Below, in pieces: positions 26,119 to 35,774 of a stretch of 56,615 nucleotides of DNA. Source of the stretch: a virus (taxonomy: Duplodnaviria > Caudoviricetes); the IMG/VR virus record IMGVR_UViG_3300036982_000611, positions 1 to 56,615 of that record; one strand, written 5' to 3'. Made by a program: the position numbers and the translations under genes. Numbering within the stretch: position 1 is the first letter of the stretch; every line of letters starts with the position of its first letter. The notes below the pieces were generated by a model, which did no database searches, had not been told where the DNA came from, and worked only from the letters and a program-made list of their open reading frames with translations.

Positions 26119-26715
26119 TCAGTCTACAAATGGAGTCAGTCTTTCGGAATGGACAGCGTCGTGAAGTGCCAAAGCAACCCACAATTCGATCCCGATAACC
26201 TGCTCGTTTGTGAAAGTGTGCGTCCCGGAAGTGCCGTCTGTGAGATGGTTCCAGACATCTGAGTCCTTTTGCATTACAGTTTTCAATGGTGTTTTCTCTG
26301 TATAATTGCTGCGGACCCATTTGTCCAGGTCATCTTTCGACCTGCGAACTCTGAGATTTGCCCGCACCTCCGTGTGCGAAACTGTCCCAACCCATACCTT
26401 AACCGGCTTCTGATTCGGTGGAACCATTAGCCAGAACGTAGGATACCGCTCCACTTTGGGAAGCGGTCCTCCGGCGATCCGGTACTGCGGATTCTTGTCG
26501 ATATCGACGAACGTCACCGAAACGCCAGCATCCTCAATCTGCTTCTTCTTGCCGGACTTCTTCCACGCCTGACATGGTCCGCACCAGTCTGCGGTGAACA
26601 TTAACAGGTACGGAGGGGCTATCTGTTGCGGTTTTTCAGCGTAAACGCCGGTCGCCGAGAAGATCTCCGGAGGACCAGCAAAACAACACAGAAGCAGGAA
26701 TACGACGTTTTGCAT
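26119..26715 (-). CDS. exported thioredoxin-family protein
   Basis: Hydrophobic N-terminus, FTADWCGPCQ active site, YPTF cis-Pro motif. Confidence 0.85.
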   Translation of the reverse strand: MQNVVFLLLCCFAGPPEIFSATGVYAEKPQQIAPPYLLMFTADWCGPCQAWKKSGKKKQIEDAGVSVTFVDIDKNPQYRIAGGPLPKVERYPTFWLMVPPNQKPVKVWVGTVSHTEVRANLRVRRSKDDLDKWVRSNYTEKTPLKTVMQKDSDVWNHLTDGTSGTHTFTNEQVIGIELWVALALHDAVHSERLTPFVD

Positions 26716-26717
26716 GA

Positions 26718-27524
26718 TTACTCCGCTTCGAAAGTGCTGGAAACGGCATAAAACCGATGCCGACCAAACGTCTGCTCAAAAGAATCCCACGTCAGCAGGA
26801 CGCGACCCTGATCCCCGTAACTCACGCTCCACGAGTTGCAGGCATCGTAAACCTCCTGCCCACCGACAATCCGGATGTCGTCGCAGTGGATCGCATGGTT
26901 GCCTCCGCCCGAATCCGCTGAGGCAATCCCCTGGGCGTTCAGCCGCTGGAACTTCGATCCGGCCTGCACAGCAACGATCACCGGAAACCCAGCAGCCAAA
27001 GCCGTCCGGAATCCCTGCTTCGTCTGCACAGCGTAGCATTTCAACCCACGATGCTTCAGGGCTTCCGCCTTGGCGTTCGAAGGCTGCTGCTTGGGGTAAA
27101 TCATGTTCCACGGAACCAAAGACTCTGGTGGGGCTCCATGCGTTCCGATGACCTTCAATCCACTCTCCAAAGCAGAGCCATTGTCCTGCCCGCCGTTGAT
27201 CAGCGAATAGATGAACGCCCCGGAGAGCTTCAGTTTGTCCTGAATGCCTCGCAGATATCTGGCCTTCGACAAAGAACCAGCGCCTGCATATCCGTTACAG
27301 CTTCCGTGACTTTGCTGGTTCTGGATCCATTCCTTGCCGAACACAATTCGGCGCGGAGTTCTGTCGGCATTCGTAACGACTCGTTTGATGTCAGCGTCAT
27401 CCCAGACCGGATGCTCCTGCTCAAACGTGTTGAACGCCGAGACGAATCCCTCCGGAGGAGCCAGAGATCCGAGTCGGCGTACTTCGCCAGTCTCATCAAT
27501 GATCTGTTCGATTTCTTCAGACAC
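26718..27524 (-). CDS. papain-like C1 cysteine peptidase
   Basis: QNQQSHGSC (oxyanion Gln, catalytic Cys), NHAI (His), NSW..SYGDQG (Asn). Confidence 0.9.
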   Translation of the reverse strand: MSEEIEQIIDETGEVRRLGSLAPPEGFVSAFNTFEQEHPVWDDADIKRVVTNADRTPRRIVFGKEWIQNQQSHGSCNGYAGAGSLSKARYLRGIQDKLKLSGAFIYSLINGGQDNGSALESGLKVIGTHGAPPESLVPWNMIYPKQQPSNAKAEALKHRGLKCYAVQTKQGFRTALAAGFPVIVAVQAGSKFQRLNAQGIASADSGGGNHAIHCDDIRIVGGQEVYDACNSWSVSYGDQGRVLLTWDSFEQTFGRHRFYAVSSTFEAE

Positions 27525-28374
27525 CTTTCACCCCCAGTTCAGAAAGAATTCTTTTCAGTGAATCAAAATCTTTCGGCAGAGGAATGACTCGGAGAATCTT
27601 GTCCGTTTCCTTGTCGCGAATGATCATCGCTGGCAACTCAGAAGACTTCGCGTCTTCAATTGCCTGCTTACCCTTTGGCTCGGTGGTCGCAATGTCATAA
27701 AGACGCCAGTCGTTACCAGCGTCTTTCAGAGAGTTCCAACTGGTCATCGCATTCAGAAGAATCGCCGTGTCAGGCTTCCTGTTCTGAACGTCCTCGACAA
27801 TCGAGATAACCACATTCCCCGTTGGGACTGGTGTTGGTCCGGGGATCGGTCCAGGTCCCGGTGGTGGATTCGGAGCCTGACCCATGACAGTGATCTTGTG
27901 ACGTTGAGATTGTGTCTTACTGATCGCCCCTTCAGGGACAATCAGCATTTCCATCTCGCCGGACTTCAACGCATTCACGAAGTACAAGTGTTTGCTGGTG
28001 AACGTGCGTGTCTCGACCTTTCCAGTCCCGTCAGCAAACTTTCCTTTGACCTTCATTGGCCTTGCACCGTCGTCTGAATCGACCTCAACTAACCCTTCCG
28101 GAAAGTCAAAGATCATCAGCGGCCCCGGCGATTCGATGATCAACCAAGTCTCTTCACTCAGGTGCGAAACAAACTCAGGCCCACGTTTCGGATGCGGAGC
28201 AGGAACCGGATGATCTTCCTCCGGGACATCTTTCTCGTCGGCAACCGGGATCGTCGGGAAGATGATCGCCGACCCAGCACCGATCTCGTCGGGAGCAGGC
28301 AGCAGGACTGTGGGATCCTGTAGCACTGCGAACAAGGCTGCAAAGCAGATATTCAACAACGCAAACTCTTTCAT
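27517..28374 (-). CDS. exported Pro-rich protein with possible thioredoxin-like C-terminal fold
   Basis: Signal-like N-terminus, PNPPPGPGPIPGPTPVP linker, ELPAMII motif. Confidence 0.6.
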   Translation of the reverse strand: MKEFALLNICFAALFAVLQDPTVLLPAPDEIGAGSAIIFPTIPVADEKDVPEEDHPVPAPHPKRGPEFVSHLSEETWLIIESPGPLMIFDFPEGLVEVDSDDGARPMKVKGKFADGTGKVETRTFTSKHLYFVNALKSGEMEMLIVPEGAISKTQSQRHKITVMGQAPNPPPGPGPIPGPTPVPTGNVVISIVEDVQNRKPDTAILLNAMTSWNSLKDAGNDWRLYDIATTEPKGKQAIEDAKSSELPAMIIRDKETDKILRVIPLPKDFDSLKRILSELGVKGV

Positions 28375-28727
28375 AGCCCCTCCGGTGCTTCCGCGCAACA
28401 CGCTGCGACCGTCTCTTCATCTGCAGATAATGCCTGCTCAATAATCGCTCGAGCGATATCGAAGGATTCCAACTTCGTCATCTTCTCGTCCGACTCAGAA
28501 CGAACACGTCGCGCCGTTCGTTTCAGTAGTGCCTGCGGGCTTTTCTCCGCATACTCCTGCAGCTTCTTCTTCGATTCCGCAGGATCCGGGGAGTCGTTGC
28601 GGTTCCAGCACGAAGTCAGGAACGGAAGAACCTGAGTAATGATCGTGAGGATGGTAATCGGATCGAACCCAACCGAGGGATCGACGCGATCCGCAGCCAG
28701 TCGAGCTTGCTTGTTCAAATTGTTCAT
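28371..28727 (-). CDS. hypothetical protein (FDPITILTIITQVLP hydrophobic segment)
   Basis: Coupled ORF. Confidence 0.65.
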   Translation of the reverse strand: MNNLNKQARLAADRVDPSVGFDPITILTIITQVLPFLTSCWNRNDSPDPAESKKKLQEYAEKSPQALLKRTARRVRSESDEKMTKLESFDIARAIIEQALSADEETVAACCAEAPEGL

Positions 28728-28759
28728 GAGACGCCTTTCTGAACTGTTCGTAAACGGAA

Positions 28760-28960
28760 CTACTTTGCCTTCGCCTGCTCGCTCGTGACGTTGTTGTCTC
28801 GAGCAGAAATTCCCATCCACAGCATTCCGAATGCAGCAATGACCTGAGTCAGGTCGAAGACTGTCTTCGGGTCTGTGTCCAAATAGCAATTCGCCTGATG
28901 CAGGAGAATGCTTAGCGCCGCGACGATACCGGCGGCGGTTGTTTTCCAGCTTGCGTTCAT
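28760..28960 (-). CDS. putative holin
   Basis: 66 aa, SWKTTAAGIVAAL, two TM segments, charged tail ARDNNVTSEQA. Confidence 0.65.
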   Translation of the reverse strand: MNASWKTTAAGIVAALSILLHQANCYLDTDPKTVFDLTQVIAAFGMLWMGISARDNNVTSEQAKAK

Positions 28961-29048
28961 ATCGATCTCCTCAAAGGTAAGGTTGCCACTGCCCGAGGGC
29001 GTCTCCATCGAAGTGCGAAGGAATCACACGATGGCTCGGGCAGTGGAC

Positions 29049-29327
29049 TTAATCGGGACTGATGCTTGTCACAGCGCAGGTAAAACCTATCGCTGACGCC
29101 CACATCAGGATGCCTCCGCTATCCGAGGCTATAGTGAACGGAATTGCAATCCAGCATGATAAACATACCGGACAGCCAATTCCGATTGTCACCCAGTGCT
29201 TTTCGCCGAAGCGAGCCTTCACTTTCTCACGGATCGCCTTAAACAGACCCAGCGGGCCATGCGTCAACGCGATGGTGAAAGCGAAACCAAATGTTGCCAG
29301 CCAGCAAACTAAACAGTCCATGATCAT
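29049..29327 (-). CDS. DUF1360-like membrane protein
   Basis: GP.GLF..IR...CPVCLSCW between TM helices. Confidence 0.6.
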   Translation of the reverse strand: MIMDCLVCWLATFGFAFTIALTHGPLGLFKAIREKVKARFGEKHWVTIGIGCPVCLSCWIAIPFTIASDSGGILMWASAIGFTCAVTSISPD

Positions 29328-30040
29328 TTCCTTCGACTACGGGCAGAACCTTTAGCGAACATAACTGCCTTAGATCGCGTGGGCTCCAAGGTACACCCAT
29401 TCGCAGTCGCCGTGAGGACTTGGGTTTGGCAATAGCGAGCCACTATATTTTGCTGCCAACCCTTCCACGCAGCCAGTTTTATCTCAGGAGCATCCACTTC
29501 TGAAGCCGAAATGGGGTTAAAATTCATCTGATGCCTGCAGTAAATCCACTGCGGAGTGTCGGCAATCCTGAATCCTTCGTGCCGGATGATCGGAGAATCC
29601 GGGTTTCCATACTGAGTGATCTCGAACAAATCCTCTTTGTTGCGCCAGGGATGCAGGGCTCCCTCGAAGAAAATGTACCCGTGAGGCATGTGCATCTGCA
29701 CGTTCCCTCGCTCCGGCACAAAGCCCATCCGCATTCGCTGGACAAACTCCGGCCCGAGGAAGTCGTCGTCGCCAATCGTCGCTTCGACGCGAGCCGGAAG
29801 ATCCATGCCTTCCTTCTCGTGCATCGGGATCAGCCGGTCAGTCACCGACCGGAAGGCTTTCTCCCGCCGCTTGAAGTACGGATCCATCGGAGACTGCTGC
29901 AGGAAGATGACCGCTCCTCGAGCAACCTGATTCTTCAGGCTCGGGATCAGAATATTCTCAGTCAACGAGAACCGATACCGTGAACTGTCCGCCTCAGAAT
30001 ACTCAGACCGAATGTTGAGATACACCGGAACCTGTGCCAT
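29324..30040 (-). CDS. putative glycosyltransferase (rhamnosyltransferase-like)
   Basis: RF...ILIPSLKNQ...IGDDDFL motif. Confidence 0.55.
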   Translation of the reverse strand: MAQVPVYLNIRSEYSEADSSRYRFSLTENILIPSLKNQVARGAVIFLQQSPMDPYFKRREKAFRSVTDRLIPMHEKEGMDLPARVEATIGDDDFLGPEFVQRMRMGFVPERGNVQMHMPHGYIFFEGALHPWRNKEDLFEITQYGNPDSPIIRHEGFRIADTPQWIYCRHQMNFNPISASEVDAPEIKLAAWKGWQQNIVARYCQTQVLTATANGCTLEPTRSKAVMFAKGSARSRRK

Positions 30041-30812
30041 CAAACTTTTCCTTGTTGGCCGGAATCATCTCCAGCACACTCCGTTTTGAATTTCCAGCCC
30101 ATGATCGCGACTGGCGATTTCCTATGGCCATTCCATGTCCAAGCGACGAATTGGCAATCTTCGGGTTCGGGACGTAATGCTGGATGAGGCTCGGCGAATA
30201 ATGCCAGATCGACCGACCCATTGAAATCAGCGTTCTTCCAATCCATGTGTCGACCGCTTTCCGCTGGTATAGCTTTGTACTCGGATTGCCAGCTTGCATG
30301 TGCGAGCCACCCCATTGACTGATTGATTCGTTGTGAACCAGTTCTCGCAGCACATCAGCCGGGAAAACGAGAGCGAGCGCACCGACCAGATTGCTCCGAC
30401 TGGACAACGGAACGCTTTCAACGATCCTCGTTTTGAACAGTCCGGGAGAACCCTGAAAGTAATGCTTCATCGCCGGACAGTACAGCGACACACAGCCACA
30501 GTCTTTCGACGGCCACAGATCACGCTGAAGCAGCGCATGCACGTCCCGACAGAACAGCCCGTCATCCTCAGCGATCAGGATTGCGTCGTGATCCATGGTG
30601 AGCAGATCTCTGGCAGTCTGCAGCCAGTTCTGGAAGTTGCCGAGAGAACCGTTCGGCGACCGCTCAAACTCACAGGGCGACAGGAACGACCGGCTGTCTG
30701 ATTCAGTCGCATGGTGGATCAGGCTGAACCCGGATTCAGCGATTGCCTGCGAACACTTGTTAAGCGTTGGCTCCGGTCTCGGCGCAGACAGTATCCCGAC
30801 TGATATTCTCAC
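30003..30812 (-). CDS. GT-A fold glycosyltransferase
   Basis: ILIAEDDGLF DxD-like motif, GALALVF, SPSLIQH. Confidence 0.7.
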   Translation of the reverse strand: MRISVGILSAPRPEPTLNKCSQAIAESGFSLIHHATESDSRSFLSPCEFERSPNGSLGNFQNWLQTARDLLTMDHDAILIAEDDGLFCRDVHALLQRDLWPSKDCGCVSLYCPAMKHYFQGSPGLFKTRIVESVPLSSRSNLVGALALVFPADVLRELVHNESISQWGGSHMQAGNPSTKLYQRKAVDTWIGRTLISMGRSIWHYSPSLIQHYVPNPKIANSSLGHGMAIGNRQSRSWAGNSKRSVLEMIPANKEKFDGTGSGVSQHSV

Positions 30813-31552
30813 TTCAGTTTCTCCGCCTTGTATTTATCCTGCTTGTTCTCACGACGATTCTTCAGCAGCATCATCCGATGCTCATTGCGAATCATCGCCT
30901 TCTCGGGAGTCGTGCCATCAGCGAACGGAGTGACTCGTCCGCACCAGTTAATGAACGGAGGGCCGAGATGCAGAACTTCGAACGGTGGTCGAACCTTGTT
31001 CGACTCTGACCACTTCTGATGAAAGAACGAGTCAGCGCCGCCTGCCCACGTCCAGTCCGTCTCATGCCACGGAGTCTTCTGAAGAAAGGACTCGCTGGCA
31101 TGGAACAACTGGAAGTAGCCTGCGAACTCCTCGTTGTTCATCGCTCTCTTCGACTGTCGCCATAGGCGATGTTCCGGGATCTGCGTTGGGATCTGGTGCA
31201 GAATTCGGCGATGCGGCGTGTAGATTTTTCCGATCTTTGGAACCCATGCGAGCTTGTTCTTCGGGATGACGATGTCAGCATCAATGATGCACATCCAGTC
31301 GTGCCGACCGAAAACATCAAGACCTTCTTCCATCGCTGCAAACTTATTGAACACAGCGCCGCCACGGTAGAAAGCATCGCTGATGTGGACATGACAGTCG
31401 TTCTCCTGCGCGAGGCTGATTGTCTGATGGTCCTTGACCGTCGTGACGACCATGAACTCGCTGAAGAACTCCCGGTTGTACGGAAGCGTCAGAGCGAGGA
31501 TGTCAGCGTAGTCGACGCAGACGGTGATGCCTCGGGGCTTGATTGCTGTCAT
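30809..31552 (-). CDS. GT-A fold glycosyltransferase
   Basis: ITVCVDYADIL, FNKFAAM, IIDADIV, GYFQLFH, AGGADS. Confidence 0.75.
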   Translation of the reverse strand: MTAIKPRGITVCVDYADILALTLPYNREFFSEFMVVTTVKDHQTISLAQENDCHVHISDAFYRGGAVFNKFAAMEEGLDVFGRHDWMCIIDADIVIPKNKLAWVPKIGKIYTPHRRILHQIPTQIPEHRLWRQSKRAMNNEEFAGYFQLFHASESFLQKTPWHETDWTWAGGADSFFHQKWSESNKVRPPFEVLHLGPPFINWCGRVTPFADGTTPEKAMIRNEHRMMLLKNRRENKQDKYKAEKLK

Positions 31553-31555
31553 TCA

Positions 31556-32551
31556 TTACTCCAGATTGAGATCTTGAAAGAAGTTCTTCCACGGATACAA
31601 GCAAATGCCCGTCACTTCGCGACCATAAAGCATTCTGCAGTGCGGGATCTCAACCTTGTCCCATCGTCCAGCGTAAACATCTTCAAGGCAATTCCATCTT
31701 TTGATCGCGCCCATGTTCCCGGTGACTTGGTCGTCTCCTGCCGATCTCGGCTTATTGCCGAGCGATTTGTCTTTTCCGCAGAGACGTTTGAGCCTTGCTT
31801 TTGAATCCTCGTATCGCCGGAATGGAGCGTGTAGGATTGGGAGAGAAAAGCAGGATTCAACTGGAGCAGGGCTACTGCCGGGAACAGAAGTTACATGGTT
31901 TCCTCGTGTCTGAGCGATGTTGAATTCGCCATTCGAATATCGGATGGCAACATGCTTCCAGTGCGTTTGTGGGCAGAAGATACCTTTACGAAAGCATCCG
32001 CTCGGCATGCATGTTCCGGGGTGTTCTCCGATCCGATACGCATCAGGAGATTCTGGGTAAAGATCAACAGCATACGATCCGACCGTTCGAACCTGTGAAG
32101 GCAAAGAGCATAGAGACTCTTTCACCGTCATTCCGTTGAATCCATGAAGGAATTCATCAGCATCCAGCGAGATCACCCACACGTCGCCAGAAGATCCTTC
32201 GATTGACTTTCTTGCCAGATCGTTTTCTTTTGCAATTCGAAGATCATCGTCATAGAAAGCTGTTTGGTAAATCTCTCCAACCTCAGCGCCGCAGGCAACT
32301 GCACGAGAGACTGACTCGTCTCCAGAAGCATTGTCAAGGATCAAGACTCTGTCGAATCCCTGCTTAAAGCAATTCCTCACGTTTGCTTCGATGATATCGC
32401 CGTCGAACCACGTTGAAATGATTGCGACAACAGACGCCGGAGATGCCGTCAACTCATGCACGAAAGTCTTTGGAGTCTTAATCACCCATCCTACAGGAGC
32501 GCCGCCATTGAGCTTCTTGTTGCGATCTTTTCCGGGAACAGGAACAGCCAT
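31556..32551 (-). CDS. glycosyltransferase family 2-like protein
   Basis: LILDNASGDES, WVISLDADEFL, GNH, ILH. Confidence 0.8.
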   Translation of the reverse strand: MAVPVPGKDRNKKLNGGAPVGWVIKTPKTFVHELTASPASVVAIISTWFDGDIIEANVRNCFKQGFDRVLILDNASGDESVSRAVACGAEVGEIYQTAFYDDDLRIAKENDLARKSIEGSSGDVWVISLDADEFLHGFNGMTVKESLCSLPSQVRTVGSYAVDLYPESPDAYRIGEHPGTCMPSGCFRKGIFCPQTHWKHVAIRYSNGEFNIAQTRGNHVTSVPGSSPAPVESCFSLPILHAPFRRYEDSKARLKRLCGKDKSLGNKPRSAGDDQVTGNMGAIKRWNCLEDVYAGRWDKVEIPHCRMLYGREVTGICLYPWKNFFQDLNLE

Positions 32552-32553
32552 AA

Positions 32554-33531
32554 TTAACCTCCGGGGCTCGTGCATCTCTTGCAGATAAAGTTCTCCTCTG
32601 ATTCGATGTCTCCACGAACCTTCATGACAAGTTCGCGGTACTCAGAGGAATGAAAGTAATCCAGCAGGCCGATGTCGTTGATGTTCGGCAGCTTAACTTC
32701 GTGGTGGTAATCCATGCAGCACAATCGCATAGATCCGTCATGCATGAAGTGAACCCATTCGTCGATCCTCGAGCAGTGAAACTTATCGTGCCCCGGTCCA
32801 ATATCGCGGACCTTCCCTTTGTTCAGATCGCAGGCTCCACGGTCTTCTCTAAAAAGTGTTCCGGCGCGGTCGTGAAACTCGAATGAATCGATGGACACGT
32901 TCTTCCTGTTGATGGAGTGCTTCTTAAACATTCCCTCCCAGTAGTCAACGTATTGCTGATGGGTGAAGTAGACCTTATCAACTGCCTTTGACCTTCCAGC
33001 GCCCCTGATGCGAATCTTGAATCTCCCGTCCGACATCTTCAGCAGACGAATCAGATTCTCCGTCGACTTCTGATAGTCGATCTGCATAATGTGGTGGAGG
33101 GTCTCTTCGTTGATTCCGTGATGGCTCACCCAGATTTCATGTTTCCTGCCCTTAAAGTTTGCGAACAACTTCTCTGCAGTCGCCTCAGTCAATGCAGCGC
33201 CGTTCGTTGAAACCTCAACGGCGATATTCGGGAAGCATCTGTAGATGTCCTCGATCTTCGCAAAGATCGACTTGTCTATCAGAGGCTCCTGCATCAGGTA
33301 CGGGCAGAATTTCGTCAGCGAGTCTGTCCATGGCCGGAGATTCGCTAGGATTCGGTGCCACGTCTCATCCTTCATCATCCCCGGATGCTTAAAATGCTCC
33401 GACTCAGAGTAGGGACAGAACACACAGTCAGCGTTACATCGGCTGTGTGTTGCAACCTGAACGTACCGGATCTTCGGAAGCCAACCAAACTTCGGGACAG
33501 TCAACTGCGGCAGAAGACTATTTGGTTTCAT
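32554..33531 (-). CDS. radical SAM protein with SPASM/twitch domain
   Basis: CNADCVFC; C-terminal C...DG.MRLCCMD...ICKRC. Confidence 0.9.
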   Translation of the reverse strand: MKPNSLLPQLTVPKFGWLPKIRYVQVATHSRCNADCVFCPYSESEHFKHPGMMKDETWHRILANLRPWTDSLTKFCPYLMQEPLIDKSIFAKIEDIYRCFPNIAVEVSTNGAALTEATAEKLFANFKGRKHEIWVSHHGINEETLHHIMQIDYQKSTENLIRLLKMSDGRFKIRIRGAGRSKAVDKVYFTHQQYVDYWEGMFKKHSINRKNVSIDSFEFHDRAGTLFREDRGACDLNKGKVRDIGPGHDKFHCSRIDEWVHFMHDGSMRLCCMDYHHEVKLPNINDIGLLDYFHSSEYRELVMKVRGDIESEENFICKRCTSPGG

Positions 33532-34328
33532 GATTTTCTTGTCCTGCAAACGACGGCATCGTGAAACTCTCCGAAACCGCCAGGGATAATGTCAATCACG
33601 TCAACAACACCTGACCATCGATCCCTGATATAGGATGGAGTGTGCGCTACATCTCGGTAATAACCTTCTGGAACCTGACCTGAGATATCCATGTTTTCGA
33701 CGCCAGAGTCTCTGAATCCTTTGGACACCCACTCTGAGAAATGAGGTTCATCAACGAGCCACGTCGCCAGTTTTGCAGCATGCGAAAAACCATGGACAGA
33801 GATCACAAGAAGACCGTCTGTTACGCGATTCAATTCTCGCAACCAATGATCCTGTTCTTCTTCTGAAAGGTGAGTCATCACAGACCACCCATACGACAAA
33901 GAGAAATGCCCGTCCTTTGCTTTTATTTCTCCAGCCGGAGATATCGATTCGAACTTTCCCCAAGGCATTTTCTCAGAACACCAGTCAATGTTGACTGAAT
34001 CAACGTCGACACCGCGAAAGTTTTTTCTGAGTTTGTAAGGTGCGTGGCGTGCGATCCTTGCGCATCCAACTCCCCACTCCAGAACCCTGTCTCCGACTTC
34101 TCCATAGACCTCAGCAATATTCATCAACGCGACCATAAGCGATCGGCCACTACTGAGGAACTCGTCCATAAATTCCGATGCATCCGTTATGTCTCCACAG
34201 AGAATGCGTCTCATGTTTTGTGCGGATGGGTATGGAGGCGAGTTCTCTTCGGGAACTTCTATGGAAGGCTTTCGAATCTTTGTCCATGACTGTGCCAATG
34301 ACGAAAGATTCCTCGACAAGTCAGACAT
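33528..34328 (-). CDS. class I SAM-dependent methyltransferase
   Basis: VLEWGVGCARI, GVDVD, SVMTHL. Confidence 0.88.
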   Translation of the reverse strand: MSDLSRNLSSLAQSWTKIRKPSIEVPEENSPPYPSAQNMRRILCGDITDASEFMDEFLSSGRSLMVALMNIAEVYGEVGDRVLEWGVGCARIARHAPYKLRKNFRGVDVDSVNIDWCSEKMPWGKFESISPAGEIKAKDGHFSLSYGWSVMTHLSEEEQDHWLRELNRVTDGLLVISVHGFSHAAKLATWLVDEPHFSEWVSKGFRDSGVENMDISGQVPEGYYRDVAHTPSYIRDRWSGVVDVIDIIPGGFGEFHDAVVCRTRKS

Positions 34329-34367
34329 CTCATTCCTCCGTAAACTGACCTCGCAGCCAATATCGCT

Positions 34368-35039
34368 TCATCTCGAGCCCATTCTGCAGGACTGCGTTTT
34401 CAGCACATCATTAAAATCAACCTTAAATCTCTCTGATACCTCGCGTCCATCCGCAAAAACACTTTTGCGATAAATCTTCCGGGTAGAAGAAACAGAGTCT
34501 TTGTGTCTTATCCATGACCATCCAATGTCGTTTGACACAACGACATTCTCCCATGAATCAATCTTACAAAAATCGTGATGTCGTTCTCTGTATGAATGCC
34601 AGTCTCGGTCGGTAACGCACACACAAAACTGATTCTTCATGTGGTAAATCAGGTGATGCTTCCGTGTGTAAAATACTGTCCCTCTCGGCCAAAGAAGGAC
34701 AGAGTCACCAAACTCTGTTGCGTATGCCGAAGTTCGCTCGCAGAAGTCAAACGAAATCACATCGTCATCGTCGAGCCTTTGCATTGCTTTTCGTCCACCT
34801 GGAAGACTCCAGTTTTCTCCTATACCTCCGAAGAAAGGCACAACTGGACATCCGGTTGACTCAAAAGCATTTATCCGAGACTCGAGAAGAGGATCAGACT
34901 TACTTACAAGAATATGAATCACAGGCTTAAACGACTGAGATGCCAATGAAGGAATTACTGTTTTAACAGACAACTCAAGTCGACGAGAAGAAATACTTTT
35001 CTCAGCATAGGAGGATCGAACCATGATCGCGTAATACAT
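34368..35039 (-). CDS. putative glycosyltransferase (rhamnosyltransferase-like), paralogue of 29324-30040
   Basis: RLEL...VIPSLASQ...RLDDDDVI. Confidence 0.6.
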   Translation of the reverse strand: MYYAIMVRSSYAEKSISSRRLELSVKTVIPSLASQSFKPVIHILVSKSDPLLESRINAFESTGCPVVPFFGGIGENWSLPGGRKAMQRLDDDDVISFDFCERTSAYATEFGDSVLLWPRGTVFYTRKHHLIYHMKNQFCVCVTDRDWHSYRERHHDFCKIDSWENVVVSNDIGWSWIRHKDSVSSTRKIYRKSVFADGREVSERFKVDFNDVLKTQSCRMGSR

Positions 35040-35774
35040 TCATTCCTCCGTAAACCGACCTCTCAGCCAATCTCGCATGGTCGGCCTCCACACGTTGCTC
35101 TGGTAGTTCAGAACATTGGCATCGATCTCATTCAACTGGCGAATCATCAGCGGCCTCAGTAACCTCCTCAGAAACTGCGGGTACTGAACACCCTGCCAAT
35201 TGCCTCCGTAAGGTATCGGCGTGCGATCCAATTGCCAATGATTTTCGTACAGTATTTCGAACAGGTACAAGTTATTCGGGAACCCGTACTCGGCGAACAT
35301 CTGCTGCAGTTTCGCCTTCTCGAACACATGCGGAAGATGAGTCCCCGCCTGGAAGTTGCCTCGACCATTCGCAGCCAGCGCGCCGAACGTGAGCTTGATC
35401 AGCCGATGCCACTCTCGCTTCGAGTTCACCCGATACCACGGGTCGTACCGCAAGACCCTGAGATCCTCGATCGACGTTGGCTTCAGGAAGAACTGGTCGT
35501 CCATCATCCAGACGAACTCTTCGTCGATCTCTGGATGAGACGCAGCCAGCATGATCTTCGCCTGCGTGTCTCGGAACGCGATGCGTCCCGGAAGCTCTCG
35601 CATCTTTGTCAGGCGATTGACTGGTATGTGATGTCCCTCATACCAGTTCGGCTTTTCGCCGATGACTGTGAAGGATGTCGTTCCGGTAAAGTTCTTCCGG
35701 ACGGATGCCATCGACAGCCGGAGTTCTTCTCCGTTGTCGGGACCGATGACGTTCAAATACACGAACTGGGTCAC
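35040..35774 (-). CDS. Stealth-like sugar-phosphate transferase
   Basis: EELRLSMASVRKNF, GEKPNW, EEFVWMMDDQFFLKP, THLPH. Confidence 0.6.
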   Translation of the reverse strand: MTQFVYLNVIGPDNGEELRLSMASVRKNFTGTTSFTVIGEKPNWYEGHHIPVNRLTKMRELPGRIAFRDTQAKIMLAASHPEIDEEFVWMMDDQFFLKPTSIEDLRVLRYDPWYRVNSKREWHRLIKLTFGALAANGRGNFQAGTHLPHVFEKAKLQQMFAEYGFPNNLYLFEILYENHWQLDRTPIPYGGNWQGVQYPQFLRRLLRPLMIRQLNEIDANVLNYQSNVWRPTMRDWLRGRFTEE

